Shown piece after piece: positions 7,707 through 16,464 of a stretch of 19,362 nt of DNA. This stretch comes from Planctomycetales bacterium (GTDB taxonomy: Bacteria; 4484-113): NCBI GenBank assembly GCA_037445915.1, contig JBBIJQ010000036.1:1-19362 (forward strand), read 5' to 3'. Numbering within the stretch: position 1 is the first letter of the stretch; every line of letters starts with the position of its first letter. A program made the translations under genes and the position numbers. The notes beneath the pieces are model-generated. The model ran no database searches and was not told the origin of the DNA. It saw only the letters and a list, made by a program, of their open reading frames with translations.

Positions 7707-8954
7707 ATGAACCAGAGGAAGGCGAACCTCACTTTAATCGTTGTGGTAACGCTAATTGCGCTGATACAGCCGCTCTACCGCATCGCCAACAAGTACGACA
7801 TTATAACGCTTGGCCTAGACCTTAAGGGCGGCGTGTCAGTCCAGCTTATGGCGGTGCCGGAAATGGGGCAGCAGCTAACGCCTGAGGACATGACCGGCCT
7901 TATTGAGGTTATCCGCAACCGCGTTGACCCCCAGGGGCAGCGCGAAGTCGTCATCACCATAGTCGGGGGCGACCGTGTCCTGGTGCAGGTTCCAGGCGAG
8001 AGTAAGAGCGATGAAATCCTCAAGCTCATCGGCGAGACTGCGCTCCTTGAGTTCCTTGATGTCGGCGACAATGCGCTCCAGGACGGATACGATGTCAGCA
8101 AGGACAACTACCCGGTGATTCTTTCCGGGCGCGACCTTAACAACGCGTTCCCGACCCGCGACAGCATGGGGCGCCCCGCAGTCGGCTTTGCGTTCAAGCC
8201 CGAGGCCGGAGACAAATTCGGCCGCTTTACGCAAAACAACGTAGACAAGTACATGGCAATCGCGCTTGATAAGAAAGTAATCTCCTGCCCCGTCATCCGC
8301 TCGGCAATCTGGGGGGGCAATGGCATTATTGAGGGCGGCAACTTTACAGTCCAAAGCGCAACGCTGCTCGCCAACCAGCTCAAGGGCGGCGCGCTGCCAG
8401 TGCCGGTTTCGGTTTTGGAGAGCCGCGTAGTCGGCCCAAGCCTTGGCAAGGAGTCCATTGCCAACAGCCTTGTCGCCGGAATAGCAGGCTTCATAATCAT
8501 CCTCCTAATGATGATCGCCGTGTACCGGCTGCCTGGGCTCGTGGCAAACTTCACCCTATCCCTTTATATAGTCATAACGTTAGGGTATCTGTCGCTCTTC
8601 AATGTGACGCTGACACTGCCCGGCATCGCCGGATTCATCCTTTCCATCGGCATGGCGATTGACGCGAATATCATCATATATGAGAGGTTAAAGGAAGAGC
8701 TTTCCTGGGGCAAGACGCTCATAGCCGCGCTGGAGTCTGCGTTCGCGCGCGCATGGGTGGCTATCCTTGACGGCAATATGACGACTGTTCTCGCCGCGAT
8801 GGTGCTTTTCTTCTTCGGCACCGGCCCGGTCAAGGGATTCGCCATCACACTTTCCATTGGCATACTCGTCTCTATGTTCTGCGCTGTTTTCGTCGTGCGC
8901 TATTTACTCAGCATGCTGGTCCTGCGATTTAAGAATACCAGCTTTTACGCATAA
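7707..8954 (+). CDS. secD: Protein translocase subunit SecD (compact, 415 aa)
   Basis: LGLDLKGG, GALPVP, VGPSLG, TLTLPGIAGFILSIGMAIDANIIIYERLKEE and GPVKGFAITL. ATG 7707 follows an SD. Confidence 0.98.
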   Translation: MNQRKANLTLIVVVTLIALIQPLYRIANKYDIITLGLDLKGGVSVQLMAVPEMGQQLTPEDMTGLIEVIRNRVDPQGQREVVITIVGGDRVLVQVPGESKSDEILKLIGETALLEFLDVGDNALQDGYDVSKDNYPVILSGRDLNNAFPTRDSMGRPAVGFAFKPEAGDKFGRFTQNNVDKYMAIALDKKVISCPVIRSAIWGGNGIIEGGNFTVQSATLLANQLKGGALPVPVSVLESRVVGPSLGKESIANSLVAGIAGFIIILLMMIAVYRLPGLVANFTLSLYIVITLGYLSLFNVTLTLPGIAGFILSIGMAIDANIIIYERLKEELSWGKTLIAALESAFARAWVAILDGNMTTVLAAMVLFFFGTGPVKGFAITLSIGILVSMFCAVFVVRYLLSMLVLRFKNTSFYA

Positions 8955-8963
8955 GAGGATCTC

Positions 8964-10160
8964 ATGCTTAAGAACCTTAACCGATACAGACTAATTCCCT
9001 TTGTGCAGCACAGCGTGCTGTGGATGGCCATCTCGTCCTGCGTCATCCTTATCGGCGTGGGCGCAATGATAAACAACAAGCGCACAATCGGCAGCTACCT
9101 CAACTTGGGCATTGACTTTACCGGCGGGTCGCTGGTTGAGATGCGGCTTGCGCAACCTGTCACAGCGCAGGACATCGCCGCCGTTATCACCCCGTTTTCA
9201 GAAGGCGAGCCGCTGGTGCAGCCCCGCAAGTCCGACCCCCGCGAAGTGCATATCCGCATGCGCATAAAGCTAGAGGGCGCAAAGACCGAAGCCCAGCAGA
9301 GCGCAATGCGCGTAGAGAAGCTCTCGGAGATGGTGAAGGCCATTGAAGCCAAGTACGGCGGCCCTGGCTCTGCAGTGATGCTGCAGGAAGCGTATGTTGG
9401 GCCGGTGGTAGGCAAGGAATTAATCATGAACGCGATATGGGCGCTGCTGCTCGGCTCCATCGTAATCATGATTTACATATTCGTCCGCTTCAACAACTTC
9501 ACGTATTCCATCGCCGGGATTGTCGCGCTGCTCCACGACGTGCTAATCGCGCTCGGCGGCGCAGCCATCCTGCGGCTAGAGATAAACTCTTTTTTCATCG
9601 CGGTTATCCTTACCATCATCGGTTACTCTATCAACGACACTATCATCGTCTACGACCGCGTCCGCGAAAACAACCGTAACTTCCCGCAGCTCAACTTCCC
9701 GACGATTGTTAACCTTAGCATCACGCAGACACTGACGCGGTCCATCTTGACGGTGTCCACTGTGCTGTTCATGATATTGGCGCTGCTGTTCTTCGGAGGC
9801 CCGCCGGTTTACAGCTTCAGCATGGCGCTCCTAATTGGCATATTCTCCGGAATGTTCTCATCTATATTTATAGCCGCACCTATCGTCCTCTATTTCACGC
9901 CGGGCACGAAGCGGCAGCGTATCCCCAAGTTCATAGACCTGCTTGCCGCGCAGGAGCAGGCCGCCATGGGGACTTACGACGAAAATGGGCTTATCCTTGA
10001 TGACACCGTGTACGAGGGCGAGAAAGAGGAAAGTAAGCCTGCGCAGGCCTTGAAGAGCACCGCGAAGGCTATAGTTGAGAACGCGGCTTCCGCGCCAAAG
10101 CCTGTGCAGGCTGACGAAGAGCGGAAGAAGAAGGTTGTTAAAAAGGCGCGCAAAAGGTAA
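8964..10160 (+). CDS. secF: Protein translocase subunit SecF
   Basis: LGIDFTGG, VGPVVGKEL, ALLHDV and LTIIGYSINDTIIVYDRVREN. It has a long charged C-terminal tail. Confidence 0.98.
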   Translation: MLKNLNRYRLIPFVQHSVLWMAISSCVILIGVGAMINNKRTIGSYLNLGIDFTGGSLVEMRLAQPVTAQDIAAVITPFSEGEPLVQPRKSDPREVHIRMRIKLEGAKTEAQQSAMRVEKLSEMVKAIEAKYGGPGSAVMLQEAYVGPVVGKELIMNAIWALLLGSIVIMIYIFVRFNNFTYSIAGIVALLHDVLIALGGAAILRLEINSFFIAVILTIIGYSINDTIIVYDRVRENNRNFPQLNFPTIVNLSITQTLTRSILTVSTVLFMILALLFFGGPPVYSFSMALLIGIFSGMFSSIFIAAPIVLYFTPGTKRQRIPKFIDLLAAQEQAAMGTYDENGLILDDTVYEGEKEESKPAQALKSTAKAIVENAASAPKPVQADEERKKKVVKKARKR

Positions 10161-11848
10161 TGGCGCAGCCAGGCTTGCCCAGCAGTTCTTTGGAAAAAGA
10201 GCTCGCTGAGGAGCACGGCTTTCCAGCCTTATTGGCGAAACTTTTCGCTACGCGGTGGGAGACCATCTCGCGCGAAGATATCTCGGTATACTTGGACCCC
10301 GAGATGCGTAGCCTCAAGGGGCTTGCAGCATCCCCTGCGCTTCCCCGCGTTCTTGAAGCGCTGAACCGCGCGCGCAAGGACCGGAACAGCATCCTTTTCT
10401 ACGGCGACTACGATGTTGACGGCATTATGGCGACGGCGATTATGTTCGCCGCGAGCCAGCACCTCGGCTTAAAATCCAACTACTACCTCCCTTCGCGCTT
10501 CGGCGAGGGCTATGGCCTCAGCCAGCACATCGTCCGCAAGGCAGCGGGCGAAGGCTACAAGCTACTTGTCGCCCTTGACTGCGGCACCTCAAACAACACG
10601 GAAGTGGAGCTTGCTCACGAGCTAGGGATGGATGTGGTCGCATTGGACCACCACGCCCCCGGCGCTAAGCTGCCGCAGATGCCGCTCATCAACCCGCACA
10701 CTTCGCCCGGCGTTGACCCGCTGTGCAGCGCAGGCCTCGCATTCCTATTCGCGCGCGAATGGATGGCGGCCGAAGGCGAGGATGCGGGATTGACTGACGA
10801 GAACTTCCTTGAGGCGGCTGCAATAGCCACCATTGGCGACCATGTTCCTCTAATTGGCGACGGTTTTATTCTCGCCCATATGGGATTGGAGCGCTTGCCT
10901 CGCACAACGCAACTAGGGCTATCTGCATTGCTCGCGGCGCTGGGGCTAGAAGGCAAGCCGTTCCTGACATCGCGCGACATCCTTTTCAGCATTGTGCCGC
11001 ACTTGAACGCCGCGGGTAGGATGTCCAACTCCAACGCAGGCCTTGTTGTGAATATGATGCTCGAGCGGTCGGGCAACAAGGCGATGAATTTCGCACAACA
11101 GCTCGTTAGGCTTAATATGGATAGGCGTGAGCTGCAAAGAATCGTCTCCGATGAAGCGGCGCTTCAGGCATTAGCGCAGGAAAGCTGCGAAGTCCTCGTG
11201 CTTTACAAAGCCGATTGGATGCCAGGCGTCACCGGCGTTGTCGCGGCGAGGATGGTGGAGATGTTCAGCAAGCCGACGCTCGTGTTTTCCGACGCGTTGC
11301 AAGAAGTTGGTTGCGCGGTGGGAAGCGGCCGCGCCCCCGACGGAGTTGACATGTTGGAGCTGATTGAGCCAGCCCGAGAGCTTTTCGTCAAGCTAGGCGG
11401 GCATTCGGCTGCCATTGGAGGGACGCTGCCGGTGAAGTTGTTGCCCGAACTGCGCTCGCTCCTCTCTAAATACCAACCCAAGCCTGCTGCCGGCGAGCCG
11501 GATGCCAAAGCCCATGAATGGGAGGCCAACCCAGCCCAGCTAGGCAGCGAACTTATTGGCTCGCTGCTCAGGCTACAGCCTTTCGGCGAAGGGCACGCTG
11601 CGCCGCGATTGAGGATTCGCGATGCGCTCGTGGCGCGTTCGTCCATCATCGGCAAAGATGGGACAACGATTAGCGTGGAGCTGGATTCGCCGGCCGCGCC
11701 CCTCAAGCTAATCGGCTTCAGGCGCTCGCACTTGCTCCCGCACCTGCGCGCAGGAACGACCGCGACGATAGATGTGGAGCTTGGGCTGGACAACTTCCGC
11801 AAAGAGCCTGCGCTGCAACTTCTCCTGTTAGGGATTGCGCAGCAATAG
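10160..11848 (+). CDS. recJ: Single-stranded DNA exonuclease RecJ
   Basis: DHH motifs GDYDVDG, LDCG, DHH, TIGDHVPL and PHLNAAGR; DHHA1 motifs GSGR and GGHSAA; LQPFGEG. TAATG overlap with secF. Confidence 0.95.
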   Translation: MAQPGLPSSSLEKELAEEHGFPALLAKLFATRWETISREDISVYLDPEMRSLKGLAASPALPRVLEALNRARKDRNSILFYGDYDVDGIMATAIMFAASQHLGLKSNYYLPSRFGEGYGLSQHIVRKAAGEGYKLLVALDCGTSNNTEVELAHELGMDVVALDHHAPGAKLPQMPLINPHTSPGVDPLCSAGLAFLFAREWMAAEGEDAGLTDENFLEAAAIATIGDHVPLIGDGFILAHMGLERLPRTTQLGLSALLAALGLEGKPFLTSRDILFSIVPHLNAAGRMSNSNAGLVVNMMLERSGNKAMNFAQQLVRLNMDRRELQRIVSDEAALQALAQESCEVLVLYKADWMPGVTGVVAARMVEMFSKPTLVFSDALQEVGCAVGSGRAPDGVDMLELIEPARELFVKLGGHSAAIGGTLPVKLLPELRSLLSKYQPKPAAGEPDAKAHEWEANPAQLGSELIGSLLRLQPFGEGHAAPRLRIRDALVARSSIIGKDGTTISVELDSPAAPLKLIGFRRSHLLPHLRAGTTATIDVELGLDNFRKEPALQLLLLGIAQQ

Positions 11849-11867
11849 CAAATGCTTATCGGCAATG

Positions 11868-11873
11868 TATAAT
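11868..11873 (+). promoter_or_regulatory. Internal -10 box TATAAT upstream of rel
   Basis: Perfect TATAAT 11 nt before ATG 11885, in a 36-nt gap without an SD. Confidence 0.55.
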
Positions 11874-11884
11874 CAGGCAGCGCT

Positions 11885-14152
11885 ATGCCTGATTCCGAAC
11901 CTCAAGTCTTAAACGAACAGGCGGGAATTGATGCCCTCTTCGGGAAACTCATAGAGGAGTACCTCCGCCACTACCCCGGCGGTAACACGTCCAAGATTGA
12001 AGCCGCGTATATGCTTGCCCTTTCGGCGCACAAGGGCCAGGAAAGGGATACCGGCGATCCCTACATAACCCACCCGCTGAATGTGGCAATTATCTGCGCC
12101 CGGCTGGCGATGGACGAGGGATCGCTGATTAGTGCGCTGCTCCACGACACGGTTGAAGACACGCCGATTAGGCTTAGGAAAATTGAGCGCCTTTTCGGTG
12201 AAGATGTAATGCGGCGCGTTGACGCGCTAACCAAGATTCGCCGCATTGACTTGTTCGCCCGCTTCACTGGCCGCACTATGAGCGACGAGCAGGCGCGCAA
12301 CCTGCAAAAGCTGTTTGCTGCGATGGCGCAGGACTTCGCGGTCCTTGTCATTAAGCTCGCCGACCGCCTGCACAACCTGCGGACAATGGGCGGGCTTTCG
12401 CTGGAGCGCATCAAGCGAAACGCGAAGGAGACGCTGGACTTCTACACGCCGCTTGCGCGCCGCCTCGGCCTGCATGAAATGGCGCACGAGATGGAGGGCA
12501 TCTGCTTTAGCCTGCTTTACCCGAAGGAATGCGAGTGGGTCACGCGCGAAGTTGAGAAAATCGTCGGGCGCAAGGGCGTGGTTTACGACCAAATGATCGC
12601 CAACATCAGTCAAGCGCTGGAGAAGGAAGGCATCAAAGTCTCCAGCATATTCGGGCGCGCGAAATCGCCATACTCAACCTGGAAGAAGATGCACGACCAG
12701 ACTCTCCCGCTTGACCAAGTGTTTGACCTCATCGCGCTGCGCATTGTGCTTGCAGGCGACGAACTTGACTGTTACCGCGCGCTTGGCGTGCTACACGGGC
12801 TATACCGCCCATTGTTCAACCGATTCCGCGACTTCATCGCTGCCCCAAAGAGTAACGGCTACCAAAGCCTGCACACGACTGTCGCTGGCGAGACCGGCCA
12901 GATAACAGAAGTGCAGATACGCACGCATTGGATGGACGAGGTGGCGGAGCGCGGCGTCGCTGCGCACTGGAAATACAAGGGGCATTCACAGTACCGCCTG
13001 CGCGAGACGTTTTCGTGGTTCCAGTTCATTGAAGACCTGTCGGAACAACAGCTCAATTCCCGCGAATTTGTGGAGAAGGCGAGAGAATCGCTGACGCAGG
13101 GCGAAGTGCTAGTGCTATCGCCGCGCGGCGAAGTTGTCGCGCTGCCTGAAGGCTCAACGCCGCTTGATTTTGCATACTACATCCACACCGACCTCGGCCA
13201 TGCGACGGAACATGCGGTCGTAAACGGCGTGGACATGCCGCTTGATTACACGCTGCAAAACGGCGATGTGGTTGAAGTCGTGAAGAACAAAGACGACTTG
13301 CTCAATCCCAAGCCGGAATGGCTCAACATCGTTAAGAGCCCAAAGAGCGTCGTGAAGATAAAACGATGGTTCCGCTCACGCCCGCGCCGCGAGCGAATTG
13401 AGATGGGGCGTTTCCTGCTGCGAGAGCAGATTACGAAGGGCGGGCTATACCCCCTTAACTTAATGGACAACACGAAGCTGATGCATCTCATCCGAGTGTT
13501 GCGCATCCGAAAGATAGACGATTTGTTTGAGCAGATAGCCACCGGCAACCTTATGGCGGGCGAAGTCGTGCAGCGCTTGAAGCAGCTCCACATTGAGCGC
13601 GCGATGAAAACGCCGCAGCCGGGGCAGGGCGCTGAGCCTGGCGAACACAAGCTAATTGGCATCGCCATTGAACTCGGCATCACATGCAAGGGCGGCAGGG
13701 CGCTAAGGCGCAAGGTAGAACTCGCGTCCTGTTGCACGCCCGTTCCCGGTGACGAGATATTCGGGGTGGACAACCGCAAGGAACACCGCGTTGAAATTCA
13801 CAATGTTCTCTGCCAGAAGGGGACAGGCTCGGCTGAAGTTTCGGTTATTCCTGTGGAGTGGAGCGAAGACGCGGGAGCGAAGCTGTATCCCGCGCGAATC
13901 CGCATCGTTGCGCTTAACCGCGTAGGCATGCTCTTTGACATACTGCGTGAGCTGTCGGAAATGTCCATTAACCTCACTAGCGGCGAAATCGGCTTGCAGC
14001 CAAGCGCTAACCAGGGCTACGAAAACGCTGTTGTTGAAGTTACGGTTGAGGTGCAAAACACATCGCAGGTTGCGGAAGTGCTAACCATCGTTCGCGGCCT
14101 GGAAGACGTCTTCCTCGCGCAGCGAGTGCACGAGCAGTTGGAGGCGGGATAG
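11885..14152 (+). CDS. rel: Long bifunctional (p)ppGpp synthetase/hydrolase (RelA/SpoT family)
   Basis: Intact hydrolase motifs (PYITHP, LLHDTVED, KLADRLHN), synthetase motifs (GRAKS, DLIALR, YQSLHT, EVQIRT, HWKYK), TGS (TPLDFAYYIHT), Zn-finger (CCTPVPGD...H...C) and a C-terminal ACT domain. Confidence 0.97.
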   Translation: MPDSEPQVLNEQAGIDALFGKLIEEYLRHYPGGNTSKIEAAYMLALSAHKGQERDTGDPYITHPLNVAIICARLAMDEGSLISALLHDTVEDTPIRLRKIERLFGEDVMRRVDALTKIRRIDLFARFTGRTMSDEQARNLQKLFAAMAQDFAVLVIKLADRLHNLRTMGGLSLERIKRNAKETLDFYTPLARRLGLHEMAHEMEGICFSLLYPKECEWVTREVEKIVGRKGVVYDQMIANISQALEKEGIKVSSIFGRAKSPYSTWKKMHDQTLPLDQVFDLIALRIVLAGDELDCYRALGVLHGLYRPLFNRFRDFIAAPKSNGYQSLHTTVAGETGQITEVQIRTHWMDEVAERGVAAHWKYKGHSQYRLRETFSWFQFIEDLSEQQLNSREFVEKARESLTQGEVLVLSPRGEVVALPEGSTPLDFAYYIHTDLGHATEHAVVNGVDMPLDYTLQNGDVVEVVKNKDDLLNPKPEWLNIVKSPKSVVKIKRWFRSRPRRERIEMGRFLLREQITKGGLYPLNLMDNTKLMHLIRVLRIRKIDDLFEQIATGNLMAGEVVQRLKQLHIERAMKTPQPGQGAEPGEHKLIGIAIELGITCKGGRALRRKVELASCCTPVPGDEIFGVDNRKEHRVEIHNVLCQKGTGSAEVSVIPVEWSEDAGAKLYPARIRIVALNRVGMLFDILRELSEMSINLTSGEIGLQPSANQGYENAVVEVTVEVQNTSQVAEVLTIVRGLEDVFLAQRVHEQLEAG

Positions 14153-14153
14153 G

Positions 14154-14603
14154 GTGCGCTCCATCGTCCAGCGGGTTTCGCGCGCGAGCGTTAGCGTGGC
14201 GGGCAGCCACGTTTCATCCATTGGCAAAGGATTTCTCGTTCTAACGGGAGTGTTTGGCTACGACAACGACAATGACCTTGAATGGATGGCAAAGCGCATC
14301 GCCCAGTTGCGCGTATTCGCAGACGAGGAAGGGAAGATGAACCTTGCGCTAAGCGAAGCCGGCGGTGAAGTTCTCCTTGTTTCGCAGTTCACCCTTTGCG
14401 CCAACATAAAGAAGGGAAACCGCCCGTCGTTTATAGAAGCGATGGAGCCAAGTGCCGCCGAGGAAATGGTGAAGCGGCTTGGCGAAGCAATAAAGGGCTA
14501 CGGGGTCACGGTGCAGACTGGAGTCTTCGGCGCGATGATGGATGTGGAGCTGGTCAATGATGGCCCGGTCACGATTGTCCTTGACTCGCGCGAGTTTCGT
14601 TAA
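14154..14603 (+). CDS. dtd: D-aminoacyl-tRNA deacylase
   Basis: MRSIVQRV, SQFTL, KGNRPSF and NDGPVT. It sits in its usual position after rel. Confidence 0.98.
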   Translation: MRSIVQRVSRASVSVAGSHVSSIGKGFLVLTGVFGYDNDNDLEWMAKRIAQLRVFADEEGKMNLALSEAGGEVLLVSQFTLCANIKKGNRPSFIEAMEPSAAEEMVKRLGEAIKGYGVTVQTGVFGAMMDVELVNDGPVTIVLDSREFR

Positions 14604-15610
14604 GCCAGCCGCTTCTCAATCCATTCCGCAACCCGTTCAAACGCCTCATCTCTCTCCTGCGCCGACGTGAAAGGCACCTGCTCAAAGCCGCAGAAACGGT
14701 TGCGATTCCAAGTGTCTTGGCGCTTGGCGAACTGGCGGGTGCGCAGCGATATCAGCGGCGCAAGCTCATCAAGCGAAATCTCCCCGCGCAGGCACATCAC
14801 CGCTTCGCGGTAGCCTATGCCAGTAAGCGCTTGCGCTTCCGGTGGAACCCCGCGCTTGAGCAACGCCTCAGTTTCGCCCACAAGCCCATCCGCAATTATC
14901 TGCCTCGTGCGCAGTTCAATGCGCCGCACAAGCTCTGCGCGATCTGTTTGCAGGCGAAAGCCGTAAACCGGCACTGGCGCGCTGCTGTTTGCTGCCTTAC
15001 CGCGCGCGCGCGCGTGAAGCACTTCGCTGGTAGCGTCGCTGAAACCTAAGGCGCGCAGCGCACTTATCGCGTCAGCCTCTTTCAACTCGGCGACGAGCAT
15101 CCGTTCAAGGAGACGTATCACGCGCGGGCGGTTTTGCATGTCAACGCTCTTGCATTCTTGGGAGAACAGCCCTTGCATTGCTGCGGTTAATCCTCCGCTG
15201 CTTTCATCCCAGGCTTTCAGCGCAAGTTTCCTTAGCCCAGGCAGGGGCGGCGCGCGGCGAAAGTCGTATCCGCGAGCCAGCGCTTCCAAATAAAGCCCCG
15301 TTCCCCCTTCAATCAGCGGAAGATGCCCGCGCAGCCGAACATCCGAAATGGCAGCCAGCGCCGCCTGGACATACTGTTGCACTGAATACGATTCAGCAGG
15401 CTCCACCAAGTCCATAAGATGGAAGCGTGCGAGGCGCTGTTCCTCCAGTGTCGGCTTGGCTGCGCCTATATCCGCTCCGCGAAATACTTTGCGCGAATCG
15501 CAAGACAAGACTTCAATGGGAAAACGTTTTGAAAGCAAGAGAACCAGTTCGGTCTTGCCGCAAGCCGTCGGCCCGATGATGGCAGGAATCTCATTGCGGA
15601 TGGCGTCCAT
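14600..15610 (-). CDS. miaA: tRNA dimethylallyltransferase (336 aa)
   Basis: GPTACGKT, DSRKVFRGADIGAAKP, GGTGLY, IGYRE and TRQFAKRQDTW. The start is placed at ATG 15610, 2 nt after the amj stop. Confidence 0.95.
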   Translation of the reverse strand: MDAIRNEIPAIIGPTACGKTELVLLLSKRFPIEVLSCDSRKVFRGADIGAAKPTLEEQRLARFHLMDLVEPAESYSVQQYVQAALAAISDVRLRGHLPLIEGGTGLYLEALARGYDFRRAPPLPGLRKLALKAWDESSGGLTAAMQGLFSQECKSVDMQNRPRVIRLLERMLVAELKEADAISALRALGFSDATSEVLHARARGKAANSSAPVPVYGFRLQTDRAELVRRIELRTRQIIADGLVGETEALLKRGVPPEAQALTGIGYREAVMCLRGEISLDELAPLISLRTRQFAKRQDTWNRNRFCGFEQVPFTSAQERDEAFERVAEWIEKRLA

Positions 15611-15612
15611 CT

Positions 15613-16464
15613 TTACCTGAAGATGTGATTCACGAAATCGGCGACATAGATGACCCACATCGCCATGGCGTAGAGGATGAACTGGGCGATAATAGTGCCG
15701 GCTAAGCGCGCGGTGACGAGGTAGGTGTTCATCACCTTTGCGTCGGAGATTGGCCGTTTCCCGTTGATGCACTGGTCGGTAACCATGGCTGCGGGAGGGT
15801 CAACGAGGATGAAGAGCAGGAAGGTGGCAATGCCATTAACAATGCCGGAGAGCGTTACCGCGGTGGCGCGCAGCTCAGGATGCAGCGCTGCGGCGAATAT
15901 CGTTGAGAGGACGCCTACAGTGTAGAACGCCGTGACCAGGACCTGGAAAAACACGAAGTCCATTGGCAAGCGGTTGAATCCCTTGAGGTAGCCCAAGGTG
16001 CGGCTAGTAAACGGGCTTGCCCAATACTTAGGCAAGCGCAGCCAACGCTTGGGGTGCGCTATATACAGCGCCATGCGCGGCAGCGTCTTCACTTCTTCGA
16101 AAACGACAATCATGCGCATAAAGATACGGATAAAGGTCGGCGTCAGCAGCGCGCCCAGGGCGGTCCCGATGGTCGTAGCGAAGATGATGATATGGATCTT
16201 CCATCCCAGCGCGTTGACTAGCATGTCGCGCAATACCGGATCAAGCACCGCGGTCTTGTCCGCCATGTTGCCGACGATGGGCGCTTGGATTAGGTTGGAC
16301 AGGCGCGAGAAGACTATGATTAGGTTGAACAGAGCTAAAGCGATCGCGAGGCGCTTGGTTATCGCCCCGCTAGTGCGGATGGACAGCGCCAGCGTGTCGA
16401 CCATCGCCATAATGCCGATGAGGACGGCAACTACGATTACCGCCTTATCAAGGATTGGCGGCAT
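15613..16464 (-). CDS. amj: Lipid II flippase Amj family (DUF2837)
   Basis: 283-aa hydrophobic protein with SRLSNLIQAP, GALLTPTF, YTVGVLS, RATAVTLSGIVNGIATFLLFILVDP..A.VTD and RLAGT, which are characteristic of Amj. Confidence 0.9.
   Translation of the reverse strand: MPPILDKAVIVVAVLIGIMAMVDTLALSIRTSGAITKRLAIALALFNLIIVFSRLSNLIQAPIVGNMADKTAVLDPVLRDMLVNALGWKIHIIIFATTIGTALGALLTPTFIRIFMRMIVVFEEVKTLPRMALYIAHPKRWLRLPKYWASPFTSRTLGYLKGFNRLPMDFVFFQVLVTAFYTVGVLSTIFAAALHPELRATAVTLSGIVNGIATFLLFILVDPPAAMVTDQCINGKRPISDAKVMNTYLVTARLAGTIIAQFILYAMAMWVIYVADFVNHIFR

Noticed and set aside
15611-15772. 54-aa N-terminal extension of miaA in the ORF track
   Set aside because: It overlaps amj in another frame. MiaA homology begins just after ATG 15610.
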